Notes: generated by a model from the sequence alone, not told the origin. Positions 12,533 through 25,843 are shown, counted from the stretch's first letter. The stretch: 64,000 nucleotides of DNA from Epiperipatus broadwayi (GCA_028023455.1 JAQFVV010000008.1:17608001-17672000); one strand, 5' to 3'. A program made the numbers and translations.

Positions 12533-15500
12533 TATATTTTCTTGACTTAAAATTTATATTCTCTTATATTCTAATAATAGTTGTTTTTTTTTTACATATG
12601 GTTATGTTTTCTTTGTGTACTTATTAAACTTAATTATTTTTAGTATCTATATTCAAATTAACAAACTCTTAATTGCTTACTTTAATGATTATGAATAAAA
12701 ATCTTTGGTATATTTAATAATTAAATTGAGGTCTGATGCCTTCAATTATTTTTGAAAGTAGTATGTGCATAATATACATCAGACATAAAAGGATAGAATG
12801 AAGACAGGCGGAGATAGTGTATGTATATATATATTTTAATACATAGGAAGATTTCACACTTTTGAACATATTTCTTCTGAAAATAAATAATTATATGTAA
12901 GTAACAAATAAAGGTTCATTTACACCTTTGTGAACTGGGTACGTTCAGGCATAATTTACAATAATATTCAGTGAGAGAAGGCTGCTGAGATGTGATAAAA
13001 TTTCTCTTCACATCACAACTGCATGGATATTTATTTAATGTGTTTAAAAAAAAAAACAGATTTACTACTCTCACTATATGTTGAATCATTACCATTATTA
13101 AATAATTCATCGTATAAAATCTAGCCAGCTAAAAGTGAAATGAATTGAAGCCTATTCAGACTGCATATATTATTGATCTCTTCTTTCTCTCATTACAATA
13201 TATATATTTGAAAATATTTCCAGTACATAGCGCTGAAATAAATATCAAATCACCTCAAACGTTAAGAAATTTTCAGGTATACTCTCTATGAATTAATATA
13301 TTAGAGCCCACATCTCAAAACAATTAATTCAAAAAAGGTACTTTTTTGAATTAACTATTTTGAGATGCAGGCTATAATATGTTTATTCATAGAAGGCGTA
13401 GCTGAAAATTTCTAAATGTTTGAGGTGATTTGATTATATATATATATAGGCTTGTAATTAATTGGTAAACTATGGTTTCTAAGATATCACCACTCTTATC
13501 TTCCAAAATATTGGAAAAATAAAATCCACTATATAAAACCACATGACTTAGTTTTACCATAATTTCCAATAATATAAATATATATGAACTCAGAAATCGA
13601 ATAATATTAATTTAACTGGTAATTATTTTCTTTTTGAATAATGAAAAGATCCTGAAAAGTTAAAAGAACTCAAAGAAACTTCCCCAAAAATATTGTAGAA
13701 AAAACTGTGATAATAACTTATCAAGAAGCCATAATATTTTAGTCAACAATAAAGAAAATAGGAGGCAAGAAAACTAAGAAATATTAATATGAAAAATAGG
13801 AATAATCTTATTAAGTATTAACTAAAGGGATGAAAGGATACCAGATGGTAGGTAGCACAACCAATTTCTCAAGTTTTCCATGATTGTTTCTAGGTTCAAT
13901 GATCTTTATTCAAGTAGATAAAATTACTAGCAAAGATTGCATTTAATATCTTAAAATTTAAAAAAAAAAAAAAAGCATTAATGTACACCTGTTATAATTT
14001 CGTTAGTGCTGCTCACCATATATTTTCAGGGGTGTTAAATACATGGTTTTGAAGTTGATTTTGGAGAATGAGTTTGCTATTAATATACTTTTTTTAATAT
14101 CAGATCTAACTTTTTATTGATGGTTTAAAAACAGTGTTGGGCTCAAAATGTTTTTATATCTAGAACAGATCAATGTTGGTAGCTTAATATTAATAGACAA
14201 TTACAAATGAAAAACTGAAATAATTTATGATGGAAGGCTTTCATACTTAAAGCTCAGCAAGTTTGCTTATATTTTTTTCATAAATCTTTAAACAATCTGA
14301 AATGTTTTTCACTGGACACAATTGGTAGTGAATTTTTTTTTTTACAATTTCTTATTTTATATATACATAGAATAAGCATTTTTAAAGCAATCTAAATTTC
14401 TTCATCAACTCACATATATATGGCAGAATTGTCAAGATAAACATTTTAAATAATAAAAATATTTGAAATATTATTATTTTGCTGTAACTTTTTATGCTAA
14501 CCCTAAAATATAAGTTCATTTCTTTTATGTAGATACACACAATATATCAAATTTTCTTTAAAGCTTTGTTAATCTATATTTTTGTTTAATAATTTATTAT
14601 TTTTGTATTGTCTTTATAACATTTTTATTAAATGATTTAATTAGCTTAGAATATTTTTATGCCGATAGTCAACATGTAATCCTAGCTATAACCATATTCA
14701 AACCTTGAGAGTCAGACCATGAAAGCTTTCATAAAGAACAATTACGATGATTCAGGAAAAAATCTAGACATAGTAAAGGAACATGCTAAACTCGATTCCC
14801 AAGTGATTAGTCAGTGACATATATTCTCTGTTATTCATATTTTAGTTACTTAAACCATTATTACAATTGACTATATAAAGAGCAAGTTGAGTGTATAAAT
14901 GTAAACAAAAATATATTTTGTATTAAGATTTCATACATTGAACCCAATGCTACAACCAATATGCCCATTAGCTAGAAAAAAAGATCTTGATATTGCTTAA
15001 CCAAATAATTTATTACCAGTGCATTATTCTGTAAAAATTAGACAAGTATATTATGCTGTGAATGCCATAAAGGAAACTATTATGTGTTCCAAAATAATCC
15101 GACAATCATTTCTGTAATATAATCGGATTTTAGATCTGTATTCATGAGCAGATTTTATGTTGATTCCCATGTAAATTGCTTATTAACAACTGATAACAGA
15201 TATTTAAAAAGCACAGTGTTATTGTTTAATGCTAATATACATGTAATTTTGTTAGTAAAATTTTAATTTTTGGCTTTAATAAATTGTCATGCTGCTATTA
15301 ATTTTTAGCCTAAATACATATTGTTAACAGTGCCAGTAAAGTTTAGGCAGTACTACTGTTTATGTTGCATCAGTAATATTTTCCTGCTATGCATGGAAAT
15401 TTACATAGACACTACTTTGTTAAATTAAAATTTTATTTAAATGCAAATTTCATTATTTAAAGCAATATAGAGCGTTACAATATTAAATAAATACTTATAT

Positions 15501-16568
15501 TAATAACTTTTTCCATATGATTAACTTTACTATTCTAACTAGTACAGAGATACATAAAAATGTCTGGTGATTTATAATATGCCCTAGGGTGTTTTTGATA
15601 ACTATGGAAAGTAAGGACTGGGAAAGAAATGTCTTCTAAACTGGTTACTTTTCAAGTTGGTTTATTTTTGATCTTTTTACCATTCTTATTAGATTCAAAA
15701 GTTTTTTAGTTTATTAATTGTTGCAGAAATAACTTTCCACGGTTATTTGTGATTGGACTTGAAATATAAAAGCTTGTTTCAAGAATTTTAGTATAAATCC
15801 AAATGTTTAAAAAATAACTAAATCCAAAACTTGTCATTTAGTAAAGACTATTGTTAGCATTATTCATTTTTTATATGATAATATTTTACCTTTACTTATT
15901 TAATTAAAATATAGCACATTACATTTTACCGTGAATTGCTTAATTTGCTATCTACAACTAAAGCATTTCTTCTTACTTTTCATTAAATTGTCTCCAGGAT
16001 AGCTGATATTCTTTTATGAATATATGCTACATCATTTTCATATGTTAAACCTGATATAGTATTCGAAATTCCATACAATTCTTGCTACATCATGCCTATC
16101 ATTTTTTTAAATTATTTAACAATATTTCCCAAACATCCAAATAATCTTTTGGGTATCTCAAAATGATTCTCAAATAATTTTCCTTATTTATCTCCATATT
16201 TATTTCTCCTATTTCATTTCTTTGGCATTAAACAGTTTTTGACTTTGTTGCTAAATCTTATCATGAACATATTTAATCTTAGCCTGGATATTATTTACTT
16301 CCATACAGCTGTAATGTATTCTTACACTACATTTTTCTTATGTATTTCCTTTTCTTTATTGACTACACAGCAATTTATTCTTGAAATAAAAGTTCTAATT
16401 CAATTTTCTTAAAAAACACAGCCAAATCTCACAAAAACATGACTTAATATAAACAATATAACTATGTTATTCTAAAACGAATCTTGAAATATATTAATTC
16501 CATGAACGGTAAAAATCAACACTAGTGGGAAACATAAATAGCAAATCACAAAACTATTGGAGCTTTAA

Positions 16569-16769
16569 TTGTATTTTCATATTGGACTATTTCCATCATC
16601 TAATATGCATATTGAATATCTTTAGAAAAATTTAACTTTATTTAAATATTCCAAATACATTTGACTGTTAGTAATAGCACATCAAAAGGTTAGTATGAGC
16701 ACGAGAGGTATTATTCTCCCCTCTTCTTCAGGTGCTGCTTGCCTGACCAATGACAGTACTAGCATGGGA
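16569..16769 (-). mobile_element. Inverted copy of the PLE terminal repeat (hammerhead region)
   Basis: Reverse complement aligns closely by eye with ~25347-25560. Intact CACCTGAAGAAGAGGGG; the GAAAC segment is deleted. Confidence 0.85.
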
Positions 16770-16979
16770 TGTAAACCTGAAGGAATAATTCCTAAAGGTT
16801 CGCAACTAAAACATCCAATTCAGTCTCAGAGAGCTGAGAAAATTACTCGGAGAGCAAGTGACACTCTGTTAAGAGAAAGAATAAATGCTCAAAGGTTTTC
16901 TAAGTATCAAACAATACATTCCATTAATAATGTAGAAAGTTTTTTAAAAAATAAAATTACAGAGCTGGTATTTTTCTAA
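16770..16979 (+). mobile_element. PLE ORF N-terminal fragment
   Basis: CKPEGIIPKGSQLKHPIQSQRAEKITRRASDTLLRERI resembles the conserved PLE N-terminal IPKGL.LK..P...A..I...AS..LLRERI segment; it abuts the inverted terminal repeat. Confidence 0.65.
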
Positions 16980-17999
16980 CAGTTCATATAGATACATATA
17001 TATATATTTTATTTAAAAAATATATATAAATTTTAAAAGAGAAAAATGCGTATGTGCTATTGTTAAAATAAAAATAAAATTATTTTGTTTAAATGATATT
17101 TTAAAAGTTTTCTTTCATTTCAAATGAATCAACATTCTATCAGTTGAATTTTTAAAATAGAGATAAGGGTGGAATTTTGGAAGTTTTTTTTCTTTTGTCT
17201 TGTTTCTAATTCTGGGAAATGAAGGGTGAAAGTAAAAGAAGTATAGATTTTTCTTCTAATAACTCTATTGTTGAAACTTGAGATAGGGGAAATATTTTGT
17301 GTTATTTATTGCGCTTGTCAACCTGGAATGTTGCTATGGGATTAAAAGCAAAATATGACCAAAAAAGGACATATATTAAAGGTGTGAATACAGACTTTGA
17401 AAGGACTTAAAAACTATAAATTATAGGAGTACCTTTTGTTATGATTATTTGTGATTTTTGCTGAAGGTCGTGATTAATCGATTGAATTTGATTCAGCTCT
17501 AATTTAACTGTTGCAAAAATTAAATATATATAAATAATATTTAGAAGTGCAGAAAATATGTTGAGTGGCTAAGAAACTTCAGAACGTTCCCCTTCTGGGG
17601 ACTTTTTCGCTGGACACTACCAGGAACTGTTATGGAAACAACCTAGTAAACGAGTATCTATAGAGCTAGCCAAAGACATGGGATTAAATGGAAATAACGA
17701 ACAATCCACGACAATCTTTGGGATAAGAAAACTTGTTACTATGGAATCAAGAATTATACTAATCGATCTGGGAAATTAGATTTTTTTTTTTTATACAAGC
17801 AATATTCTTTGTATAATATATAAAGTATATAATAGCACAATAGAGTAGTGAAATACCTTCATTACACTCTCAACAAAAAAAAAAGAGGTGACAAAAGAAA
17901 TCAGTTTCAACAATAGAGGGGAATGTTTAGGATTTTTTAATTACATATATTAATTCAAAGTAACCAATGTATTTTTTAAAAAAATCTTTACTTTTCTTG

Positions 18000-18230
18000 C
18001 TGTCTTACTAATAATATCTGTATTAAGGGAAGGGTTCGTACTTTGTCTAAGAATAAAGTTGTAAAAACCAGGGGGTTTTGGAATTGGGTTTAACATTTGC
18101 GAAAGAGGGTTTGAGTACGGCTAATAAGCGTACTCTTATTAATAAGTCACCCTCAAGTTCACTCCTTGTTGTATTCTCTGGGATTTCCAATATACTTGGA
18201 TTAAATGATGGCACATGTTCCTTTGAGAAT
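18000..18230 (-). mobile_element. Possible C-terminal fragment of another PLE
   Basis: FNPSILEIPENTTRSELEGDLLIRVRLLAVLKPSFANVKPNS loosely resembles the IL.....R...E..LI....P..N end of PLE endonucleases. The match is weak. Confidence 0.3.
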
Positions 18231-18496
18231 GTTATGTTAAACTAATATTAGTATTGAATAAATCAGGATATGTGTCTAAATAAGATGATGAAAGGATGTA
18301 AGACGTGAGAAGGGTAAGAAAACGTTATAATAATCAGAATAAAAAAAAAATAATGATTATGTGTTTATTTAATTTCATCAGTAGTTAGGTATCATAATTT
18401 TTTTTCTAGATTGTTTATTTTTTTTAATTATTATTACGTTTTGACGTCACCGTGTGTATATAAATAAATAACCACGAGTGTTGAGTGAGTTCAGTC

Positions 18497-18996
18497 TGAT
18501 GATGTGATGCACTGTGACTTCTCCTTAAACAGAATCAGGAATCTCTCAGCAATTATGCCCAGAGAAACCTGTTAGCCACTTTACCTTCCATTCCCCACTC
18601 TAAGTTTTCACATATTCTGTTCCATCCCATTTTCACAACATAATCTTTGTCAACTCTATGGCCTTTATATCTAAATCCCTCTTATCTTTTCCCCAACCCA
18701 GCATAAAAACCAATAACCCACTTTCTGTATAATCACTTTTCTCATATTTATTCTTCCATAATTTCATTATTTGTACCTTTCTGTTTTCAAGCATTTACAT
18801 TCAATTAACAGATGCCTAATATTTTCTATTCTTTCCTTACACAATTTACAGACTAAATCACCCATATTTTTCTATTTACAAATTTATTCTCGTTGCTAAA
18901 GATCCCATTCGAGCATTAAACAATAAACTACTTTCCTTATTATTATCATACATTAAACTCGCACGTAATGTTCTGTTTACTTCTATATATATTTAA
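18497..18996 (-). mobile_element. Same LINE family, 5'-truncated 3' fragment (copy A)
   Basis: Aligns to 18997-19495 with the same tail (tgatgtgatg on +). Confidence 0.9.
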
Positions 18997-21900
18997 TGTG
19001 ATGTGCCGTGACTTCTCCTTAAATAGTCAGGAATCTCTCAGCAACTATGCCCAAACAAACCTGTTAGCCACTTTAACCCCCCCCCCCCAATTCCCCACCC
19101 TAAGCTTTCTCATAATCTATTCCACCCCATTTCCACAACATAATCTTTGTCAACTCTATGACATTTATATATAAATCCCCCTTGCCTTTTCCCAAACCCA
19201 GCATAAAAACCAATAACCCACTTTCTGTATAATCACTTTGTTCATATTTATTCTCCCATAACTTCATTAGTTGTACCCTGTCTGCTTTCAAGCATTTACA
19301 TTCAATCAACAGATACCTAATATTTTCTATATCTCCCTTACACAATTTGCAGACTAAATCACTCATATTTTTCCATTTATATGTATATTCTCTTGTTGCT
19401 AAAGATCCCGTTCGAGCCTTAAACAATAAGTTACTTTCCTCACTATTGTCATAACTTAACTCACATCCTATGTTCCGTTTACTTCTATATATGTTTAAAC
19501 TCTTTTTACTCTCCACACTAGTTCTCCATCTCTTCAACTCCCTATTCTTTATTAATGCATCTATTCTTTTATCCCATTCCTTACCACTATAACACTCAAC
19601 AATCCTCCTAACACAATCAATCCACCTTTTATACAAGTATACCGATATAAATCCTTTATCCAAATCCTTTGCATACTGCATTACCTTTCTCACCCATCTT
19701 GTTGCCTGCCCTTTACTCATAACCCAATTAAATACTATTTTGGCTATTCTTTTATAAGCCATAAACTGCAACCTACCAAACATTTTCATTTTACTTTTTG
19801 CATCTTTCATGTAAAAACTTGACTATCCCATTTCTCTTTGAATTGCCTCCTTTGCTGTCCATACCTCTGCATCTAATGCATGTCTTCCTACTTCCTTTTG
19901 TACTTTCTCTAAGTAATCTAATACCCTTTTACTAACACATAACGCATCATTACCATATGTTAACCCTGCTACTACAACTCCCTTCCATACAATTCTAGCT
20001 ACATCATATTTATTATATGAAAACCCTTTCTTTTTTTTGCTTCATTTACTAATTTTTTCTCCCATTCAACCAAGCAATTTTCCCGATTAATTAAGATGAT
20101 TCCCAAATAACTATATCTATCCACCACACTTAACTTTATATCCCCAATAAAAATTCTACATCTTCTCTTTCCCCATTATTAATCATCATTATATTTGATT
20201 TTTCTTCACAAAATTTAATCCCCATCTCTTTACCCATGCTTGCATATGTCCTCAGCATTCTGCACACAAAAAAATATCCGCAAAAAAAACCCCCGCAAAA
20301 TATGTACTCCCTTGCCACCCCATTAATGGTATCTCTATCCCTCTTAATAGTCTTTCTTTTGCTTTCTCCATTTCAATGAAAAACAACAAAAACAAAATAG
20401 GTGACATAGGGCATCCTTGTCTTAATCCCACCCCATTTTTAACTTTAACTGATTCTATATCCCCTAATTGGTAAGTATAGAAATTATTTTCATATAATTA
20501 CTTACTAATATTTACTAAAGCTTCATCCATTCCCATATTTGCCAACCTTATCCATAATCTATTTACTCTATCATATGCCTTCTCTATATCTATAAAATTC
20601 ATATATAACGATCTACCCGAATTCCTACTCATATCCGTAAATTGTGTAAGTACAAATAAACTATCTCCTATACGCCTATATGACCTAAAACCTCTTGCAT
20701 TTCCCCCATTACATTATTCTCTTCTATCCATTTTACAACTCTTCCAGCCACCATATATAAGAAAACTTTATATAAAACTTGTTACCGCTATCGATCTATA
20801 ATTTTAACTTTCTATGATCCTTACCCTTTCCTTTAAATAATAATCTTACTCTTGTATTACTCCAACTACCCGGAAAAAACTATCTTCTGTGCCATCTTAT
20901 CAAAACATGATAACTTTGCTTTTTGCTCTATGCCTTAAATTCATTACCATCTCTGCTGCCCATCCATCTAAACCTCTCGCCTTTCCACTTTTCAATCTCG
21001 TCCCTGCCTCATTCAGTTCATTTTTTGTGAATCTAATATTCCTATCACTAAATGCTTTCATGTTTTCTATCACTAAGTCATTCACATCTAACATCTTTTC
21101 TATATCTATTACATATCTATTTAAGATTCTCTCTAACTCTTCTCTAGAGCTACACTCTATTGCCTCATTATCTATTAATACTATCTCTCTCCCCCTACAT
21201 TTCTCCTTTTAATGTAATTTCAAAATTTTTTACTCCCATCTCTTCCACTTTTATTAATATCCTTCAACAACTTACTATTCAATTTCATCCTCTCTCTATA
21301 ATTATCCATTTTAGCCAACTTATTTTCTAACTACTTTCCCCATTTAGCATTAATATCATTTTCACTTTCTTTGTTCTTAATAGCACACTTATATTCTCTG
21401 CATACTTCTTTCCTCTCTTTTACACTTTTACTAACTCTCAATTTTTTTATTACTTTTATTCTTCTGCATATTATCAACTAAAACCCTATTTGCCATTTTT
21501 TCTATTTCACCACACCAGTCCTTATACTCATCCCCAACCAACTGTTCAATGGCTTCTTTAACTTGTATTTTATATTCTTCCAACTTATTCTTATTATTCA
21601 ATTTCCATCCACATCTTTCACTATTGTTTCTACCTTTATTTCTATCCTCCATCACATTACTAACCATTTCTATTACAATAAAGTTATGATCACTATTACA
21701 TACTCTCTCTTCATTATCAAACTCCCTAATTTTATTCATTCCCTCTTTCTCTATCAATACATAATCTATTGTGTGAAATATATTATTCCTAGACCATGTG
21801 TATTGTCTCTCATAAATATTTGATAAATTCCCAAAGCTCAAATTTACTCTGACAAAATTCCTTCAAAAACTGATCATTCTTATTATCTACATCATCAATT

Positions 21901-22910
21901 TCTTCAATATGTCCATTTATCCCCATTTCTTTAAAAGTCTGTATATCCTTAACTAGGCATTCATATATACTACTGTTCCACTTCATTACAATTTGACTAT
22001 CTCCAGTGGCTATATACACTACAGCCACCATCCATTCTTGTCTACCCAACTTTATTTCAAACCACAAATGCTCTTGACATTTAACAATATTTAAATATTT
22101 TTTCCAGTATAACACCTATACTACCACCCCACCCTTTTTTCCTTTTCCTTTTCTATTTATATCCTGCCATACCACATCTTCCAAAATAGGTTCTTCTCCT
22201 TCTCTTAGATATGTTTCCACTACTGCTAATACCTCAAGTTCTTCATTTTCAATTGCTTTAATTCCAGCCACTTTTCTGGGCTCCTATCGCCTTGCATATT
22301 CAAAAACCCAATTTCTTCTTTCCTAACTACTCTTTTATAAATTCTTTTGATTCTTTCTTCTCCATTACGTTTATAAAAAACTTTCTTACCATTAATCTTG
22401 CAGATCCATTCCCTCTATGCATCTACACTTATATCTAAATTAACCATATTTTGCATATTACTTATATCCCATCCATTCTTCTTCTTTTTGATAATATTAC
22501 AATTTAAAAGCCCACCCCCTTTAAAAGTTTCCCGAATTATATTCTTTAAATATTAGACTCCCTAAAACTTCACTTCATTGTTTTCCTAAGAGCAATCCAT
22601 CTTTACTATATAACTCCCTCTTTCCAATAAACCAATCCCATACATCCACATAACATTATTTCTCTCACACAATTTTTTCAATCTCTCATTTATAGAACAT
22701 GCTCTATCTAACAAATGCCTTGTCAAATCTTGGTAATACTTCAACTACCCCTACTCTTCCTTTAATCTCACTCAAAATTCCTAATCAATTCTACATACTC
22801 ATCCATTACTCTCTCTGAAGGCTCTAACAAATTATTAGTCCATACCATAACATATACATCTCTACTACCTTGCTTTCTTATTTTATCTGTCACATCCCTA
22901 ATTCTAGTTA
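18997..22910 (-). mobile_element. CR1/L2-group LINE (copy B): SGNH-esterase ORF1, APE, RT, C-terminal Cys motif; decayed
   Basis: ORF1 RIRDVTD..VYVMVWTNN..INERLKKLC..LYSKDG (22560-22905); APE IGFLNMQG..VAVVYIA (21500-22300); RT GKARGLDG, DIEKAYDRV, GLRQGCPMSP (20100-21100); C-terminal KARTGSL..CKLC..ENI.YLLIEC; (ACATC)n-like tail at 18997. Confidence 0.9.
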
Positions 22911-23190
22911 TGATGTGATGTATTTGGCTTCTCCTTAAACGAAGTCAAGAATATCTCAGCAACTATGCCCAGATAAACCTGTTAGCCACTTTATTTTCCA
23001 TTCCCCACTCTAAGTCTTCCCACATTCTGCCCCATCCCATTTCCACAACATAATCTTTGTCAACTCTATGGCCTTTAAATTAAATCCCCCTTATCTTTTC
23101 GCAAACCCAGCATAAAAGCTAATAACTCATTTTCTGTATGGTCACTTTGTTCATACCTATTCTCCCATAACGTCATTATCTGTACCCTTT
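22911..23190 (-). mobile_element. Same LINE family, short 3' fragment (copy C)
   Basis: Aligns to the 3' ends of copies A and B, with the same tail. Confidence 0.9.
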
Positions 23191-23267
23191 AACTCTAGTC
23201 ATTCTTAGTGGCGCCCTCATTCGGTGATTTTAATTTGGGGGATAAATAATTTACGGGTAGTACAAAA

Positions 23268-25258
23268 TGTCGTGGCACATTATTGATATTGAGTACATGA
23301 GAGTTTCACAAGCAGTAAGAAAATCATATTCTACATTATACAGAAAAATAAAAGAAATGTCAAAAGAAGACACTGGCTAATCTATATGGGCATATTAAAA
23401 ATCATAATGTACCAAGCAATGTAACAATTTCATCTGTTAAAAATCTCAGTTCTAAACTTCTAACAGATACTGAAATTTCTGTTCTTGAAAGAGGCTTAAA
23501 CTTTGCCATAACACAATCTAATATCCCTTTATTAGATATAATGGTAGTCACAGAGGAAGTCACTCAAAAATTGCCTTTAGAAGCAGCAGAATTACACTGG
23601 AGAATAAAAAGAACACTTGTAAAGCAACAAAAAAAGAAATCAAACATATCCTATGGGGAGAGGAAAGCAATTAAATCTCTCAAAGATAAATCTATAATTA
23701 TTCTCCCTGCTGACAAAGGCAATGCAACAGTTGTAATGGATACAACTGATTATGACAACAAAATATAAGAACTCCTCACAGCAGGTCAATATAGAAAAGT
23801 GGCAAAAAATCCGATACTGATTACGGAAATGAAGTTATAAGCATTACTCAGAAAGCATAGCAGGTACTTCACTGATTCAGAAAAAAATATTATATTTCAG
23901 CAAATGCCTCATCTTTATGGTCTACCTAAAATCTATAAGGATCATTTTCCATTAAGACCTACTGTTAGTTCTAGAGATTCACCTTGACAAAATTTGGCAA
24001 GATTTCTTCTCAAAGTTTTAGGTTCGTTGGCATACAAGACCCAGTCCTTTGTCAGGGATTCTAAACACTTTGTAGAATTAATTAAGAACATGAAAATTAA
24101 AAGAATTGACTTACTGATAAGCTTTGATGTGGAAAGTTTATTCACGAATGTACCATGTGAAGAAGGATTGTCTATTGTAAGGAAAAGATAAATGGTGATA
24201 ATCGTTTACAAACCAGAACAGCCCTTCCTATTGATAGTATAATGGAACTATTAACATTCTGTATAAAAAACAATCTACTTTCAATATAACACAAATTATA
24301 CCAACAAAATCAAGGAATGGCTATGGGCTCACCACTGTCTCCCCTGATTAGCAATATTTACATGGAAAAACTTGAAACCACAATCATAAAAACTTCATGT
24401 CCACCTAAAGTTTGGCTTTGCTATGTGGATGATACATTTGTTGTATGGGCACTTGGTGAAGCACTTTTACAAACTTTCTAGAAACACATCAGAAACATAT
24501 CCCTTTCAATTAAATTCACAATAGAATCAGAACAAGAACAAAAATCAGCATTCTTAGATGTTCTTGTGACAAGACTCCCTCATGCAAAATCAAAACGTTT
24601 ATCGAAAACGTACACATACAGGAAAATACCTAGCCTACACATCCAATCACAACAAAAACACAAAACATGGAGTTATACTACCACTATGGAAGAGAGCAAA
24701 ATAAGTTTGTTCAGAAACCAACTATTTGGAAAAAGAAACTACATAAAAAAACTTTATCCATCAGCTGTTATTACGAAAACTTTGAATAGACAACAAAAAG
24801 AACCATCAAGAGAAAAGACAATTATTGGTACCATAGTGTACCCATACATTACAAAAATAGCAGACAAATTAAGAAAATTCTGCAATCAGTATAACATCAG
24901 AACAGCTTTCCAGAGCCATATCACACTACGAGGAATTACAAAGTTTAACTGCATCTATGAAACACCATGTGAATGTGGATTGATGAGACCAGTTTTCCCG
25001 TTTCAAGAACATAAACTGATGATTAGAAGAGACAAACAGATGTCTAAGGTAGCAGACCATGCATGCACCAATGAACATATGTTCAATTGGGAAAATACAA
25101 AAATATTGGATAGAGAAGAAAAGGTACAAAGAAGAAAATTTAAAGCAACTGCTCACCTAAGCCAATCTAGTGCGACTATACATAATGTATGGAAACCACT
25201 AATCAACTTTGCTCTTAGGAAAAAGTGGAGAAATCAGGAGGAACCTCATAGATAAGTA
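23268..25258 (+). mobile_element. Penelope-like retroelement ORF (RT + degenerate GIY-YIG), 5'-truncated and frameshifted
   Basis: Translated fragments VLERGLNFA, ILPADKGNATVVMD, LYGLPKIYK..PLRPTV, SFDVESLFTNVP, GMAMGSPLSP, YVDDTF, FLDV, IYETPC.CG and HMFNWENTKILDRE are characteristic of PLE ORFs. Confidence 0.92.
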
Positions 25259-25269
25259 TATGAAATTTC

Positions 25270-25600
25270 TGACTGTTTCCTTTGGCAGGATGGCTGTTGG
25301 TTAGAGCGTTACCTTAATAATCAAAAATCTAAGGATCCAGATTCGAATCCCATACTAGTACTGTCATTGGTCAGGCCAGCAACATCGAAAGAAGAGGGAA
25401 GAATAATACCTCTCGAAACATTGTGCATATACTAACGTGTTCGAAGTGCTATTACTAACAGTTGAATGTATTTGGAATATTTAAATAAAGTTAAATTTTT
25501 CTAAAGACATTCAATACGCATATTAGATGAAGGAAATAGTCCAATATAAAAATACAAATATAACACCATCATCACAAACCTTCAGGAAAACACTAATTAC
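25270..25600 (+). ncRNA. PLE 3' terminal repeat: tRNA-like head plus degenerate hammerhead ribozyme
   Basis: A-box-like TGGCTGTTGGTTAGAGC (25291-25307), B-box AGATTCGAATCCC (25339-25351), stem II GAGGG..CCTCTC then GAAACATTGTG (25415-25425). The CUGA core is mutated in this copy. Confidence 0.65.
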
Positions 25601-25843
25601 AGCTTTATATTCTGGCATCCAATACAACAAATTATATTTAGATTTTGCGAAATTATTAACAATTTTGACTGTTAAATATAATAAACCCTATTATCAGCTG
25701 ACAAATTTACTATCACATTATCTTTATATATAACATGTTAAACAAATTAAACTTTATGTTTAATAAAATTATTTAACAAATACAGATAACATAATTACTT
25801 CTAAATTTTTAAAAGAAAAAACGCAAGGCCTCCTAAAACTTAC

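Noticed and set aside
10677-13569. Short 60-75-aa AT-rich ORFs (also 25527, 27053, 34079, 35843, 39667, 41529, 47570, 54573, 55308)
   Set aside because: F/I/L/K/N-rich, no domains or splice support; expected by chance.
15920-16560. Purine-skewed - strand stretch resembling decayed TE coding sequence
   Set aside because: No identifiable RT or transposase motif.
17262-17920. 15-bp inverted match CTCTATTGTTGAAAC / GTTTCAACAATAGAG
   Set aside because: Does not extend and has no TSD; insufficient to call an element.
20889-21823. + strand ORFs (20889, 21563; likewise 27670, 27855, 29013, 29887, 60894-61989)
   Set aside because: Antisense shadows of LINE ORFs, hydrophobic because of strand bias.
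25285-25355. tRNA gene call for tRNA-like heads (also 31621-31692, 9190-9262)
   Set aside because: Only A/B boxes are retained, with no complete cloverleaf; treated as SINE-type heads.
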